A program made the position numbers and the translations under genes. Positions 7,561-19,373 of a stretch of DNA of 64,000 nt are shown here, in pieces. The DNA is from Chitinivibrionales bacterium (lineage in GTDB: Bacteria; Fibrobacterota; Chitinivibrionia; Chitinivibrionales; WJKA01), in NCBI GenBank assembly GCA_038247415.1, contig JBBRUX010000004.1, forward strand, positions 32,001 through 96,000. Direction: 5' to 3'. How positions within the stretch are numbered: position 1 is the first letter of the stretch; every line of letters begins with the position of its first letter. The notes under the pieces were generated by a model, which ran no database searches, had not been told where the DNA came from, and saw nothing but the letters and a program-made list of their open reading frames with translations.

Positions 7561-9768
7561 TTACGAGGGTATTAAAGGAGATGCGCTACTCCGAGAAGAA
7601 AGAGCGAGCGCAACCGCTTTGCCAAGCGACTGGGGAGTGAAAGGTTTTTGCAAGACCGGACCAACAAACTCGGGAGCATTATCGCGAGAATCAAGATTAC
7701 CTATTTTCCCCGCAAAGCCAGAAATAAAGAGAATTTTTTGAGCTGGATCACGTGCTTTTATCCGCAATGCACACTGATCACCTGTCATACCAGGCATGAT
7801 TACATCGAGAATGACCAGATCGAAAGGCATACAAGCTTGTTGTAAACGTTCTAAACATTCTGCCCCAGAAGCACAGGCGACTACGGTATAACCGCAATCC
7901 ATAAGCATCCACGATATTGCTTCTCGTAAAGAAGCTTCATCGTCTACAAGCAGTATATGCCCACTTCCCTGCTCAAACGGATCAACACCAAGAGAAGGCT
8001 CCGCAAGATTAATTTCCGAACACGGAAGATAGACATGAAAAGTCGTTCCGGTTCCTACAACAGAATCTACCTTTATATAGCCATCATGCATACGAGAAAT
8101 ACCGTATACACTCGCAAGCCCAAGACCGGTTCCCTTTCCTGGATCTTTGGTTGTAAAGAAAGGCTCAAAAATTCTTTCCTTTATTTCTTCACTCATGCCA
8201 GTTCCCGTATCGGCAATACTAACGACCAGATACTCTCCGGGCGGCGAAACTTCACCATCGGGATGAATAAACCCCTGCGAAGATTTTTCGATATGTGTTG
8301 CAAATGTTACTGTTCCACCCGCTGGCATTGCATCACGCGCATTAAGCGCAATATTCAGAAGCATATTTTCCAGCTGCGTTAAATCTCCTTTAACCGTTGG
8401 GGTAGCTGCTTCAAGTTTTGATTCAAAAACAATTCTTTTGTCAACCGTATGGTGTAAGAGAGACATTGTTTCGGTGATAAGATCGTGAAGATCAACAACA
8501 CTCATCTCTACAGGTGTTTTTCGAGCAAAAGTAAGGAGCTTTTTGGTGAGACCGCTTGCTCGCATAGCTAAATCGTATATACCTTTAGCAAACCCATACA
8601 ATTTCTGATCGCCTTCAGATAATTTACGCATAAGAAGCGAGGAGTACCCTCCAATGCCGGCCATAATATTGTTAAAATCGTGAGCGATTCCACCCGAGAG
8701 CTGCCCTAGCGACTCAAGACGGGAGGCATGAGATCGTCCTACCTGTTCTTCTAGAATTCGGCTCTTTTTTTCTTCATCGCGCAATTTCGTTACATCGTGG
8801 AGAATTATGAGCATCCCGATCGTACGACCATGATCGATTAGCTCCGATTGCGAAACCAGGCACACGCATATGCGATCACCGCTTATAAACGAAAATTCAC
8901 GAGAGCTCAGATTTTCTTTAGAGGAATACCCTTGAAACATTTCGAGAGGATTTTTTTTCCCCAGCATATCTTTAATATTAAAAAACTGTGCCGCTTGCTG
9001 ATTTATTTCTCGAACAAGCCCGTGCCCATCGAGTATGATAACACCTTCTTGCACTTGCGAGAAAATATCCAGAGCTGCAGCACGAATATTTACCGATAAA
9101 AAATCGTGCTTAACAATAGAGAAAAAGATAAAACCCGATAAAATTATTACAAATAAGGAACCAAAATACGGTATCGTATCAACATGCAGAATACCCGTTT
9201 TAACAACGCTCTCTATCATTACAAGTACATACATACTTAACAAGCCCACAAACAGATGCTTGAGCTGTATCCGCAATTCTGGATCGTTTGTTTTTTTGAT
9301 TGCGCGGAGTATGAGATAAAAACAATAAACAGCAGGAACCACATTACACAAAAACACTGCTGGATAATACCAAATGTCAAAAACATCAATGACACCCCAA
9401 AAGGTTTTATAATGGCTCTGCACAAACCCATTTGTTGCAAGACCCCACGTAACCCAGAATACCGAAATACCGACCATACTCCAAAATGCGCGCCCCCTTT
9501 TTCTCCCAAGAAGCGCATACAGAAAATTAAGGATATACAGAACGATAGGAAGCCAAAATATGACCTCTATATACAGAATAAAAGATACGACATTTTCATT
9601 CGTTTCATTCCATTCTATAAAATGACAAAAAGCCCACAATGATGCTACAATGGCAAAGAGAGAAAAAGACCTGTTAATTTTGCTATGAGGATTAAGTGTA
9701 AACACCACAGCAGCTAATATAACATTGACAAAAAACGAAGTAAGTGGAATAAACGAGTAATAATTCAT
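7561..9768 (-). CDS. hybrid sensor histidine kinase (7TM input, PAS, HisKA, HATPase, REC)
   Basis: About 7 TM helices; H-box [10 protein letters not shown]-box [30 protein letters not shown]; receiver LLVDDE...ILDVIMP...KPF. Start 9768 or 9789. Confidence 0.92.
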   Translation of the reverse strand: MNYYSFIPLTSFFVNVILAAVVFTLNPHSKINRSFSLFAIVASLWAFCHFIEWNETNENVVSFILYIEVIFWLPIVLYILNFLYALLGRKRGRAFWSMVGISVFWVTWGLATNGFVQSHYKTFWGVIDVFDIWYYPAVFLCNVVPAVYCFYLILRAIKKTNDPELRIQLKHLFVGLLSMYVLVMIESVVKTGILHVDTIPYFGSLFVIILSGFIFFSIVKHDFLSVNIRAAALDIFSQVQEGVIILDGHGLVREINQQAAQFFNIKDMLGKKNPLEMFQGYSSKENLSSREFSFISGDRICVCLVSQSELIDHGRTIGMLIILHDVTKLRDEEKKSRILEEQVGRSHASRLESLGQLSGGIAHDFNNIMAGIGGYSSLLMRKLSEGDQKLYGFAKGIYDLAMRASGLTKKLLTFARKTPVEMSVVDLHDLITETMSLLHHTVDKRIVFESKLEAATPTVKGDLTQLENMLLNIALNARDAMPAGGTVTFATHIEKSSQGFIHPDGEVSPPGEYLVVSIADTGTGMSEEIKERIFEPFFTTKDPGKGTGLGLASVYGISRMHDGYIKVDSVVGTGTTFHVYLPCSEINLAEPSLGVDPFEQGSGHILLVDDEASLREAISWMLMDCGYTVVACASGAECLERLQQACMPFDLVILDVIMPGMTGDQCALRIKARDPAQKILFISGFAGKIGNLDSRDNAPEFVGPVLQKPFTPQSLGKAVALALSSRSSASPLIPS

Positions 9769-9845
9769 CGACTTTTTTCCTAGTTTCAATCGCTAAAAAA
9801 AATCTCCCCAACATACACCAGAAAAGCTATTACATGCAGCAAACG

Positions 9846-10412
9846 CTAAGCAAAAAGGGTATGCTCCAAAAGAATTTTGATTCCAATTCCAATGAGAACC
9901 AATCCCCCAAATATTTCTATCTTGCTTCCAAAAAAATTACCTACCTTCACGCCTATGTACACTCCTAAAAGAGAAATTACAAAGGTAATAAGTCCAATAA
10001 TTACAGCTGGTTGTACTATGTCAATATTGAGAAACGAGAGCGTTATACCAACAGCGGCAGCATCAATACTCGTAGCAAATGCTAAAGTAATGAGCATATA
10101 AATATTTTGTTCCTTTTTAGGCTTCGCCTCATTAACATCCCCCCATATCGCCTCATAAACCATTTTGCCACCCACACCAGTAAGCAACGCAAACGCAACC
10201 CAGTGGTCAAATCCTTGCATAAATCCTGCAGCCGCAAGCCCCAAGCTCCACCCAACAATAGGCATAACAGCCTGAAAAACGCCAAAAAAACCGGCCATTC
10301 GCAAAGCATGGCGAACCTGCATTTTCTTCATGGTGGTTCCGGTGCTCAGCGATACTGCAAATGCATCCATGGCCAACGCCACAGCAATAAGACAAACCGT
10401 TAACAGAGACAT
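9846..10412 (-). CDS. mntP: manganese efflux pump MntP
   Basis: ALAMDAFAVS, FQAVMP..GW, DHWVAF, ATSIDAAAVG, E..GG.VLIGIG.KILLEH. Confidence 0.93.
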   Translation of the reverse strand: MSLLTVCLIAVALAMDAFAVSLSTGTTMKKMQVRHALRMAGFFGVFQAVMPIVGWSLGLAAAGFMQGFDHWVAFALLTGVGGKMVYEAIWGDVNEAKPKKEQNIYMLITLAFATSIDAAAVGITLSFLNIDIVQPAVIIGLITFVISLLGVYIGVKVGNFFGSKIEIFGGLVLIGIGIKILLEHTLFA

Positions 10413-10563
10413 ATATCCTCGATTTCTATAGTTTCTTCACATACCCCCATCTTGAATTGCAATAAAATAGCTCCTGGAATGGGATAGGTTGGATTAGAAA
10501 AAATAGTTTTAAAACGCGAGAGTGGACACCCGTAGGCTACGAGAAAACGAGACAAACATGTGC

Positions 10564-12834
10564 CTACACAACTTTTATTTGAGCATTTACCATGCGTATA
10601 ATTTTTGGACCCACAATTTCTTCGCGCACTGGGAAAAAACGGTCACCGATTTTTAAAAGCGTTCCCGGCATTGCGCTATGCTCAATCCGAATAAAGGGCT
10701 GTTTTGCTCCATAGAGTTTTTTAGAGAGCTCCTTTTTATGTGCTTCGAGCTCCTTAATCTGATTTTCACATTGTGCAAAGGCAGTTTTTAATTTAGTATA
10801 CAAAAACTCCTCCTTAGGAGGAAGCGTTCGGCGAATGGCAATAATTTGATCCATTTTTTTGAGTGGCTCAAGAAATTTGGCCTTATTCATTTGAGTTTCT
10901 TCGATAGTTTTTTGAGCATCTGCAATTTCCTCGGCTATCGTAAAATCTAAACCTACCTCAAGGCTAGTCTTGATCTGTGAAGCATTTCCAACGCTAAAAA
11001 CCGTGATCGAATCCCTGGCCACCAAGAGTCCTCCGGCAACAGAAAGGGGTTTGCCATACACCGCAATAAATTGCCGTGCGTAAATTGTGGCATTAAGCGA
11101 TTCTTTGGCTATAACAACACCTTTGCGAGATTTCACGCTCTGATTTTTAAGGAATCCGATATTAACATCACCATTTGCTTCGATGATACCTTTTCCATTT
11201 CCCAAAAAACCTTGTTTACACAGTACGTTTCCTGTTACCTTTATCTGAGAATCCTCAACCGTTCCAAAAACTTCAAGATCCCCACCGCACGTTACATCAA
11301 ATCCCGACTTTATATCTTTGTCAACAATTACCGATTTTGCATAGTTAATATTACCGGTAGAAAAATCGACATCGCCATGTACGGCAAAACCCTCACAAAT
11401 CTCAACCAGAGAACCATTAAATACCACATTCCCAGCCGTCTCTGCAAGCAGAATAGACGCATTCTCAGGATCTAAAATAGTATTGACGCCCATCGGCAAA
11501 TTTGCGGCAATTCCATCTTTTCCGAGTAATGTTTTGCCCATCACAGAGGTTCAATTAATACCTTTTGTTGGCGGGATAAGCTGCGCAAGCTTTGAACCTT
11601 TTGTCATGGATCTTACGATGTCAACATTTTTAAAATCTACACTTCCATCAGAATTCTGCTTAGGTGCAAGCGAAGTGGTTGTATTAAAAAGGTACTCTAT
11701 TATTCCATCAATGCCCTGAGTAGCCGGTTCACCTGCTGCAATAAGAACGGGCTCGCCCGGACACTTTTTACTGTCTAGCAATTTAACAAGCCCGTCAACA
11801 GCCTCTTGCTTGACTCCAAAGGTAATACCACATTTAATGATTCGTTGCTTCACTTCATAGGCATCGGGTAGTTTTCCACCAGGACCAGGTTTATGAATCA
11901 CCACCGCAGCTTTCATCTTTTGGGGATCCATAATAATATCCATGGTTCCATCAAATGAAATCGGGAAAACACCAATTTTCCTATTGAAACTCCACACTAT
12001 CCCATCAACCAGGGCAACAATTTCATTCCCCGATTTAGACAGCGATACCGTTTTGTCAAACTCATATGCCACCGGGGTAAGCGTGGTAGAAACCAGAGGC
12101 CCCCCCTTGACAGTTGTTCCAGGGATTGATGCTACCGCTATGCCACGCTGGGCGATAACTTCACCTATTGTAGCACTCCCGAGTGTACCCCCATCTCCAT
12201 CAAGTTCCCAAAAATTTCGGCATTTGATAGCCCTATCATAATAATCACGATTGTCAACACACTGCTTAAGTACTTCCCATTCACCTTCTTGCCCGCTCGT
12301 CGGCTGCATTCCTACCGCTATTTCTGAAACGGCACATGATTTTTTTTCTTTATTCCACTGTTTAACAAATAATGCAACTTTAGATTCATTGATGCCAAAT
12401 ATTACTCCTGCTTCCACAAGTGCATCGAGTACTTCATCGGCCGTAAGAGATGCGGTGCCTTTTGATACATCACATCCGCACGACGCGATCATTGCATCAT
12501 CTGAGATTGTTATAATAAGCGGTGTTGGCACAGCCTTTGGAGAAAAAGAAACGGGCTGTTCTATTGGAGACGCATGCACAATATTCGGTGAAGCGGCTTT
12601 GTTAAAATCCTGATTGGTAGCTGATTTTAACGATTCGGATTGCAAGGGCATTGGATCCACAGCAATGTGATTGGGATCGAGCACCTGAAGAATGGTAATT
12701 GCTCGCTTCGCAATAATTTCAATGAGATGCTTATCCAATTCTTTGCTAGAATTTACCAAAACCATCCCGTTGTTCATGAGGATATCTTCAATAAGCACCA
12801 TTCCGGGTCTAGCATCTTCAATTTTAATCTGCAT
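10564..12834 (-). pseudogene. FapA/DUF342 family protein interrupted by one in-frame TGA at 11551-11553
   Basis: The two track ORFs (11551..12834 and 10564..11544) are one frame: ...IPPTKGIN-TGA-TSVMGK... DUF342 motifs on both sides (DGSVDFK; GDVDFSTGNI; GG.LVA...VG....KT.LEVG). Confidence 0.75.
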
Positions 12835-13075
12835 GAGCTACATCCTGAGTCACAAGCAATTTTGATTGAAATCATTCCCTTACAAATTGAGCATAAAACC
12901 TATTTTCCAGATCATTTCTTATCAAATAAACCTGGCAAACGAGCAAGCTCTTGGATTTTTTAATTCTACAGCCCGTGCATGACCATTGCAAGAGCATCGT
13001 TTTGGCCGCACCTAAACGTATATTATTGGGTACTTTTTGAATCGTTTTTATCATCACTAACCGACAACTATTTTC

Positions 13076-15271
13076 ATGACACCACTCGTTGCAAGTGTTG
13101 GTTTTCCAATTGCCATCTCAGGAATCTACGATTATTCGATCGGCACCGAATTTCGTAACGCTATTACTATTGGCACCCCTGTTATGGTTACAGTACGCTC
13201 GCAAACACTGTGGGGCATAGTTCTGGAACTCAAAGAATCTTCTATTCATCCGGTTCTCAAACCTATTCTTGACATTAAAGAAGAGCGATGGGCTGATGCG
13301 AGTAAATCCCTTATAGAACTTTACAAATGGATTGCATCATATTACGCATGCGACCTGGGGAAAGTGTTTAAGCCTTTCGTACGCAAAACACTCATAGCAG
13401 CAAAAGCTAAAACCGAACACCTGTATTCGCTGCAAGAGTCATCTACTGCCCTCACAAAAAAGCAACAAGAATCTCTTGATATACTTAAGACACTTGCCAT
13501 GTTACCTGCTACATCAAAAGCCATTTGTAGTGCTACTACTATCAGCACTTCTATGATCCAGAAATTGTGTCAAATTGGTGTCCTGTCAATGACTAGCTCG
13601 GAGGTTACCCGAGAACCCTCTGAATTAGCCCCAGATGCTCAAGATACTTTGGGGTATACCCTCAATGACGAACAACAATCTGCTGTTGATACTATGGCTG
13701 CGCATTTGGAAACCCCGTCTAAGCCATTTCTTGTGCACGGCATAACGGGTAGCGGAAAAACGCTCGTATATATCGAGCTCACTCGTCTGGCATTAGCCAT
13801 GGGCAAGGGTGTAATTATTCTTGTACCGGAAATTTCGCTCACACCACAAACAATTCAACGATTTAGAGGTGCCCTCGTTGACGACATTGCGGTTCTTCAT
13901 TCCCGCATGTCGGATGGCGAACGACGGGATGCACTCTCCGATTTGGCTTCTGGCAAAAAGAGACTACTTATTGGAGCCCGATCTGCAATTCTTGCGCCTG
14001 TGGTAAACCTAGGGCTTATTATTGTTGACGAAGAGCATGATGGATCCTACAAACAAGGAGAAACCGATCCTCATTATCATGCGCGGGATGTTGCTGTTAT
14101 GCGCGGTAAATACCAGCACGCGCTGGTTGTTCTTGGCAGCGCAACCCCATCGCTTGAAAGCTATACTAATGCAACAACCGGGAAATACACCTGTATCACG
14201 CTGTCGAAACGATTTGGTGCAGCCCGATTGCCTTCTGTTACCGTTATCGACATGACCGCCGAACATCGCGAAAACAACTGGACATTTTTATCCCGCATCC
14301 TGAAAAATCGTATTACCGCAGCCCTAGAAAACAAACGGCAGATTGTATTATTGCTTAATAGAAGAGGGTTTTCTATTTCTCTTGTTTGCAAAGAATGTGC
14401 ATTTACACAAGCGTGCCCTCACTGTTCGGTAAAACTTGTATACCACCGCGATGGCACATCGCTACGATGCCATCAATGCGGATACCAAGAAACAGCACCT
14501 CAACGATGCCCTAAATGCAAAGGCGAACAATTCCAGTATCGGGGAACCGGCATTCAAAAAGCAGAGGAAATGCTTGCCGAGACCTTTCCTACCGCCCGTA
14601 TCCTTCGCATGGATCAAGATACCACGCGTCGTAAAGGCGCGCATGTATCGCTTATCGATTCGTTTGCAGAAAGAAAATTTGATATACTTCTTGGAACCCA
14701 GATGGTTGCCAAAGGACTTAATTTTCCCGGGGTTGCACTGGTTGGCGTTTTATCGGCAGATATCGGTTTGCATTTGCCCGATTTTAGGGCTGCAGAAAAA
14801 ACATTTCAGCTTCTCTCACAAGTATCCGGCCGGGCAGGCCGCGCCGACGACCTAGGAGAAGTTATTATTCAGACCTATTGCCCAACAGACCCAGCGGTTT
14901 TGTGTGCTGCATCACATGACTTTTTCGGATTTTACAATCAGGAAATCGAACAGAGAAAAGCGCTTGACTATCCGCCATTCTCTCGGCTTGTCAGAATTAT
15001 TGTGAGTGGTACCGATCGAGACAAAACACAGGGGGCAATAATCGCCATGGCAAAGCTTCTGGTGCCTTTAACCCAAGATGCCTTCATGGTTCTGGGGCCT
15101 AGCGCAGCCCAGCTCGAAAAGCTCAACAATGAATTCCGATTTTCGATTCTTATCAAATCGATGCAACCATCGCTTCTGCGCGCAGCGCTTATTAAACTAC
15201 TCCCTTTTAGTGCATCGTTAAAACGGCCACTTAAGGCCGTTATCGATGTCGATCCCGTCTCGATGCTTTAA
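13076..15271 (+). CDS. priA: primosomal protein N' (replication restart helicase)
   Basis: HGITGSGKT, LVPEISLTPQ, DEEH, SATPSLES, two CxxC/CxxC zinc modules, GTQMVAKG, QVSGRAGR, YPPF, IDVDP. Confidence 0.97.
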   Translation: MTPLVASVGFPIAISGIYDYSIGTEFRNAITIGTPVMVTVRSQTLWGIVLELKESSIHPVLKPILDIKEERWADASKSLIELYKWIASYYACDLGKVFKPFVRKTLIAAKAKTEHLYSLQESSTALTKKQQESLDILKTLAMLPATSKAICSATTISTSMIQKLCQIGVLSMTSSEVTREPSELAPDAQDTLGYTLNDEQQSAVDTMAAHLETPSKPFLVHGITGSGKTLVYIELTRLALAMGKGVIILVPEISLTPQTIQRFRGALVDDIAVLHSRMSDGERRDALSDLASGKKRLLIGARSAILAPVVNLGLIIVDEEHDGSYKQGETDPHYHARDVAVMRGKYQHALVVLGSATPSLESYTNATTGKYTCITLSKRFGAARLPSVTVIDMTAEHRENNWTFLSRILKNRITAALENKRQIVLLLNRRGFSISLVCKECAFTQACPHCSVKLVYHRDGTSLRCHQCGYQETAPQRCPKCKGEQFQYRGTGIQKAEEMLAETFPTARILRMDQDTTRRKGAHVSLIDSFAERKFDILLGTQMVAKGLNFPGVALVGVLSADIGLHLPDFRAAEKTFQLLSQVSGRAGRADDLGEVIIQTYCPTDPAVLCAASHDFFGFYNQEIEQRKALDYPPFSRLVRIIVSGTDRDKTQGAIIAMAKLLVPLTQDAFMVLGPSAAQLEKLNNEFRFSILIKSMQPSLLRAALIKLLPFSASLKRPLKAVIDVDPVSML

Positions 15272-15274
15272 TTC

Positions 15275-16315
15275 CTATGTTCGTAAATAATGCACTTCCG
15301 AACAATCGCGCAATTTCAATGCACTTGCTTCGGGTGTAATATCTCGCTGGGGCTGCGCAAGCAATTCATACCCAACCATAAATTTTCTAACGGTTGCCGA
15401 ACGAAGCAGCGGAGGAAGAAAATGAACATGAAAATGCCAATGAGAGTTATCTTCAGTAGTTGTTGGTTTTTGATGAATTCCCATTGAATACGGGAAACTA
15501 GTTTTAAAGAGATTGTCAAACCGGATTGCCATGCGCCGCATTGCATCGGCAAGATCATCGCTTTGCTGTGGCGAAAGTGCTGCAATATCAGACAGGTGTA
15601 CTTTAGGGAGAATCATAGTTTCGTAGGGCCACACAGCCCAAAAGGGAACTAGTGCAACAAAGGTATCATTTTCAAAAACGATGCGTTCTTTTTTAGCAAT
15701 TTCTGCATGAACATAATCGCAGAGAAGACAGCATTGTTTTTTTGCTTTATAGTGTTTCTGACAGTTATCTTCGAGTGAAACTAAATGCGGAATGGTTTGC
15801 GTTGCCCAAATCTGGCCATGCGGATGCGGATTGCTGCACCCCATGATATCACCACGATTTTCGAATATCTGCACATAATTTACATAATCGATAGCACCAA
15901 CTTCTTTGTATTGCTCTACCCAAATATCAACAACCGATCGCACCTGAGCTTTATCCATGAGAGCAAGAGTTAAATCATGTCGTGGCGAAAAGCAGATGAC
16001 CTTGCACAGCCCTCGTTCGGCATGCGCAATAAAAAGATCCCCATCGATATCATCCCCAGCAGGTGTTTGTGGCAACAGCGCAGCAAAGTCATTTTCAAAG
16101 ACAAAGGTCGATTCGTAAGCAGGGTTATGCGCTCCTTCAGCTCGCTTGTTTCCCGGGCACAAGTAGCAGGCCGGATCGTAGGTTGGTCGTGTGTCGCGCG
16201 CGCTCTCCTCAACCTTGCCTTGCCACGGACGTTTGGTGCGATGTGGTGAAACTAAAATCCACTCACCCGTGAGAGGGTTAAACCTGCGATGGGGATCTTC
16301 GGAAAAGTTGATCAT
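15275..16315 (-). CDS. galT: galactose-1-phosphate uridylyltransferase
   Basis: [63 protein letters not shown]. Confidence 0.97.
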   Translation of the reverse strand: MINFSEDPHRRFNPLTGEWILVSPHRTKRPWQGKVEESARDTRPTYDPACYLCPGNKRAEGAHNPAYESTFVFENDFAALLPQTPAGDDIDGDLFIAHAERGLCKVICFSPRHDLTLALMDKAQVRSVVDIWVEQYKEVGAIDYVNYVQIFENRGDIMGCSNPHPHGQIWATQTIPHLVSLEDNCQKHYKAKKQCCLLCDYVHAEIAKKERIVFENDTFVALVPFWAVWPYETMILPKVHLSDIAALSPQQSDDLADAMRRMAIRFDNLFKTSFPYSMGIHQKPTTTEDNSHWHFHVHFLPPLLRSATVRKFMVGYELLAQPQRDITPEASALKLRDCSEVHYLRT

Positions 16316-16418
16316 GATAAATCCTTTTTGAAGTGCTTGGAGTCGTAGAAAAAGAGAGCTTTAAAATACATTAAATTAAAAAAAATGAGAAAAGGATGCA
16401 GCTACTAACATTTCACAT

Positions 16419-16468
16419 AAATAAATGGGCTCAATGCATCATAAACTATGCAATGAACCCATTTATTT
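16419..16468 (-). terminator. intrinsic terminator-like hairpin
   Basis: AAATAAATGGGCTCAATGCAT...ATGCAATGAACCCATTTATTT imperfect inverted repeat 34 bp past the stop of the 16503..18380 gene. Confidence 0.6.
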
Positions 16469-16502
16469 TAATTTTCAAAGGTGATTAATTAAAATTTGTA
16501 GG

Positions 16503-18380
16503 TTAATTGCTCTTGCAGCAACGCCCCCCACTCGATGGCTTTGCACCACCGCCGGTGCCTGGTGATACAGTTTGACATTTAGAAAGGGGGCCACCCATGA
16601 GAGAAGATCCGAGCGGGGCATCTACCCATTCAAAAACATTTCCGGTCATATCGTAAGCGCCTAATTTACCAGCACATTTTACCCGATTCCCGGATACTTC
16701 GATGGCACGGGAATTTCCATTGCAGCTTTCTTGGGTAAATACCCTACCGTATGGATACTCGAGATTTTCGAGGCCTCCGCATGCGGCAAGCCACTCATCG
16801 GAAGTGCATAACCTTTTGCCAATCGATTCACAATTCTTTTTGGCATCGTCGTACGAAATACCAGCAAGCGGCGCAACACCCTTCTGATTTGGCCATTCGT
16901 AGGTATCGATACATACTTTAAAAAACGGTTTTCCTGGTTTTGAAAGAGGAACATCCACAAGCTTCATCCCGGGAGAACAAAAAAGAGGTTTTCCATAGCG
17001 CTCGATTTCAGAAAAACCTGCATTTTCATCGTGAACAATTCGGCGAACAATTTGACTATACGGGACAGCTTTGACTGAAGCATCCATGAGCTTAATCAAA
17101 ACCGATTTGCCATCATCTCCTGTTATATCGCCAATAATAAGAATATCTTCTAAGGGCTTGCCATACTCATCGGATCGTGGGTTTGACACTATGAGTGTAT
17201 CATAGGGTCCATGAAGTACCGGTTTTGGCGCAGCGTGCGCCTTTGGAGGCAATGCTTTTGCTAAAGCGGAAATTGCATCTTTACTTATTGGGATCTTCGA
17301 TCCATCAATAGAGAGTGTAAGTACCCCGTTGGATATACCTTCAAGCGTTCCGCGAAGAAAAATACCGCTTGTCATGGATACTTCGATACGTAATCCAAAT
17401 GGAACATTTTGCGCAAGATTATCGAAAGTCAAAATTTCTGTTTCGCTGACACCCTCGCCCGATGAAGGTATAGCTTTGAATTTTTCAGGAACATCCAAGA
17501 GCTGCTGTTGCGAAATAAGATTGCGGGCAAAGGTATATGGTTTTTTATCTTCTGTTTCGAAAATGATTCCATTATCGGCAACCGATTCTACCGTACCAGT
17601 AAACACATCACCCGTTTTGAGCACAAGCCGATATTTTCCCCCAACAAAAAGACTCGATAAATCGATAGAAATGCCATCTAACGCTGGCTTTACATCGCTC
17701 TTGAGTACAGAAGGCTCGGCCGCTGTGTATGCCGAACCATTCTCATTCCACCACCCTTGCCAGGCATCACGATTATCCCCAAGTGTCTGTCCTGTAATTT
17801 TTGTAAGCGCGCATGCACCGCCATTAACCGTAATAATAATGTAAATATCCGCAGTGGCTTCGAGAATTTTCCCGCTGGCATTCATTCTCTTTTCGGTAAG
17901 TTTAACTTCTTGGCTTGACGTAATAAAATCTTCACACTTTTGCATAGTTGTATACTCAAGTAAAACCGAAGTGAGTAACACCTTATTCGTTTCGTTAAGA
18001 ACATAGGTCTGAACCCAATCGTCGAAACCGCCCATTCCTGGCGCAAAATGTGCAGCACGGATTACCGAAACATGCACAATGCGTGGAAATTTTGCAACAA
18101 GCGAAGCAACAGCCCCAGAAGCCTCAGCTTCCATAGTTCCAAGGTCTATAGCTGCACGTAAACCACTCATTGCGGCATCCCGATCGGTTGAAAAGGACAT
18201 GCTCCCATTATTAGGTTTTGCTGCAAAATAGGAGGTCGCCTCTGGCGTTCCATACACCGATGGGGCAGCGTTAACAAGAGCGATAAGCTCTCCAATTGAG
18301 CGTGTTTGCGCATAAGACTCGGTTGCTCCAAGCACGAGTAACATTCCCATTAATAGTATTGTTGCACCTCGGTTATTCAT
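16503..18380 (-). CDS. exported multidomain protein with C-terminal FGE-sulfatase (SUMF1-like) domain
   Basis: Signal peptide (ESYA-Q); C-terminal CIDTYEWPN...CESIGKRLCT.DEW..AC.G....YPYG...YDMTGNVFEW...GGRCC. Confidence 0.75.
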   Translation of the reverse strand: MNNRGATILLMGMLLVLGATESYAQTRSIGELIALVNAAPSVYGTPEATSYFAAKPNNGSMSFSTDRDAAMSGLRAAIDLGTMEAEASGAVASLVAKFPRIVHVSVIRAAHFAPGMGGFDDWVQTYVLNETNKVLLTSVLLEYTTMQKCEDFITSSQEVKLTEKRMNASGKILEATADIYIIITVNGGACALTKITGQTLGDNRDAWQGWWNENGSAYTAAEPSVLKSDVKPALDGISIDLSSLFVGGKYRLVLKTGDVFTGTVESVADNGIIFETEDKKPYTFARNLISQQQLLDVPEKFKAIPSSGEGVSETEILTFDNLAQNVPFGLRIEVSMTSGIFLRGTLEGISNGVLTLSIDGSKIPISKDAISALAKALPPKAHAAPKPVLHGPYDTLIVSNPRSDEYGKPLEDILIIGDITGDDGKSVLIKLMDASVKAVPYSQIVRRIVHDENAGFSEIERYGKPLFCSPGMKLVDVPLSKPGKPFFKVCIDTYEWPNQKGVAPLAGISYDDAKKNCESIGKRLCTSDEWLAACGGLENLEYPYGRVFTQESCNGNSRAIEVSGNRVKCAGKLGAYDMTGNVFEWVDAPLGSSLMGGPLSKCQTVSPGTGGGAKPSSGGRCCKSN

Positions 18381-18583
18381 CGATTTCCCCCTGTTAAATT
18401 TTCACTAAAGAGTACACCTAAGCGTTCAGATTGTATCAGATTACAAAATATTATATCGGGAAGCGAATATGTACAAGATTCTTTCTTCAACCGCTCTATT
18501 CCAGATTTTGTTCAACATTCATTACATGCTACACACAAAAAGAAGCATCTTAATGGGTAAAAAGCTTTCATGAATCTATTTTA

Positions 18584-18612
18584 TTGCATCAATTGATATG
18601 GAAACGTAGGAT
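18584..18612 (+). promoter_or_regulatory. sigma70-type promoter for adk
   Basis: TTGCAT-N17-TAGGAT, with the same -35 hexamer as the cys promoter. Confidence 0.45.
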
Positions 18613-18646
18613 TATAAACATCTCACACCTCCGAAAGGAAAATAGA

Positions 18647-19219
18647 ATGTCTAACAAAAATGTAATTCTCTTTGGGCCTCCGGGTGCCGGAAAAGGCACT
18701 CAAGCGGTGAAATTGCGCGACCTTCTTTCTGTGCCCCATGTTTCTACAGGCGATATGTTTCGCTACAATATCAAAAACAATACAGACCTCGGTAAGCTCG
18801 CAAAAAGCTACTCCGATGCTGGGAAGCTTGTTCCCGATGAAGTAACAATCGCCATGGTAAAAGATCGCCTCAAGCAACCTGACATGCAAGGGGGGTTTTT
18901 GCTTGATGGATTTCCCCGCAGCGTTGGGCAGGCAGAGGCACTCGATGTAATCCTTACGGAACTTAAGCTTAAAATTGGTCATGTTGTAAATATCGCTGTT
19001 TCCGATGATTCGATTCGAGAGCGCCTTGCCAAGCGTGCAACCATCGAAGGCCGCGCCGACGATGCAGATCCTAAAGTAATCCAGAATCGTTTGGATACCT
19101 ACAAAAATCAAAGCGAACCCTGCCTCACGTACTATCGCCCACAAAATATTGTTAGAGATATCGATGGTATGGGTACGATCGATGAAGTTTTTGCAAAAAT
19201 CAGCACTCTTTTTGCCTAA
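18647..19219 (+). CDS. adk: adenylate kinase (short-LID type)
   Basis: GPPGAGKGTQA, STGDMFR, GKLVPD, LLDGFPR, GRADD; ATG 18647 with AAGGA RBS. Confidence 0.97.
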   Translation: MSNKNVILFGPPGAGKGTQAVKLRDLLSVPHVSTGDMFRYNIKNNTDLGKLAKSYSDAGKLVPDEVTIAMVKDRLKQPDMQGGFLLDGFPRSVGQAEALDVILTELKLKIGHVVNIAVSDDSIRERLAKRATIEGRADDADPKVIQNRLDTYKNQSEPCLTYYRPQNIVRDIDGMGTIDEVFAKISTLFA

Positions 19220-19228
19220 CAATCCTCT

Positions 19229-19264
19229 AACACTGCCAACAATCATAGCGTTGGCAGTGTTTTT
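19229..19264 (+). terminator. intrinsic terminator of adk
   Basis: AACACTGCCAAC/GTTGGCAGTGTT 12-bp stem followed by a T run. Confidence 0.8.
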
Positions 19265-19373
19265 CCTTGCTTTGCCCTCCACTAAGACGGTATTTTGCTT
19301 TTAGGAACATACGTTTCCGTTTTTTTGAATTCATCTATACTATAGTTATTAGTGACTGCCCTTTCCAAAGCGA

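Noticed and set aside
10413..10563. Expected yybP-ykoY Mn riboswitch upstream of mntP
   Set aside because: I could not find the GGGGAGUAGC-type core or the helix layout in this leader.
11551..11553. Genome-wide UGA recoding (Gly/Trp) or selenocysteine
   Set aside because: TGA terminates many full-length genes here (nnr, TIGR02147, EndoQ, acyl-CoA dehydrogenase, several ATGA overlaps); the position corresponds to Gly, not Cys, and I see no SECIS-like hairpin.
18623..19282. 219-aa ORF antisense to adk, and the many other antisense or nested track ORFs
   Set aside because: Shadow ORFs of well-supported genes, with no motifs or RBS.
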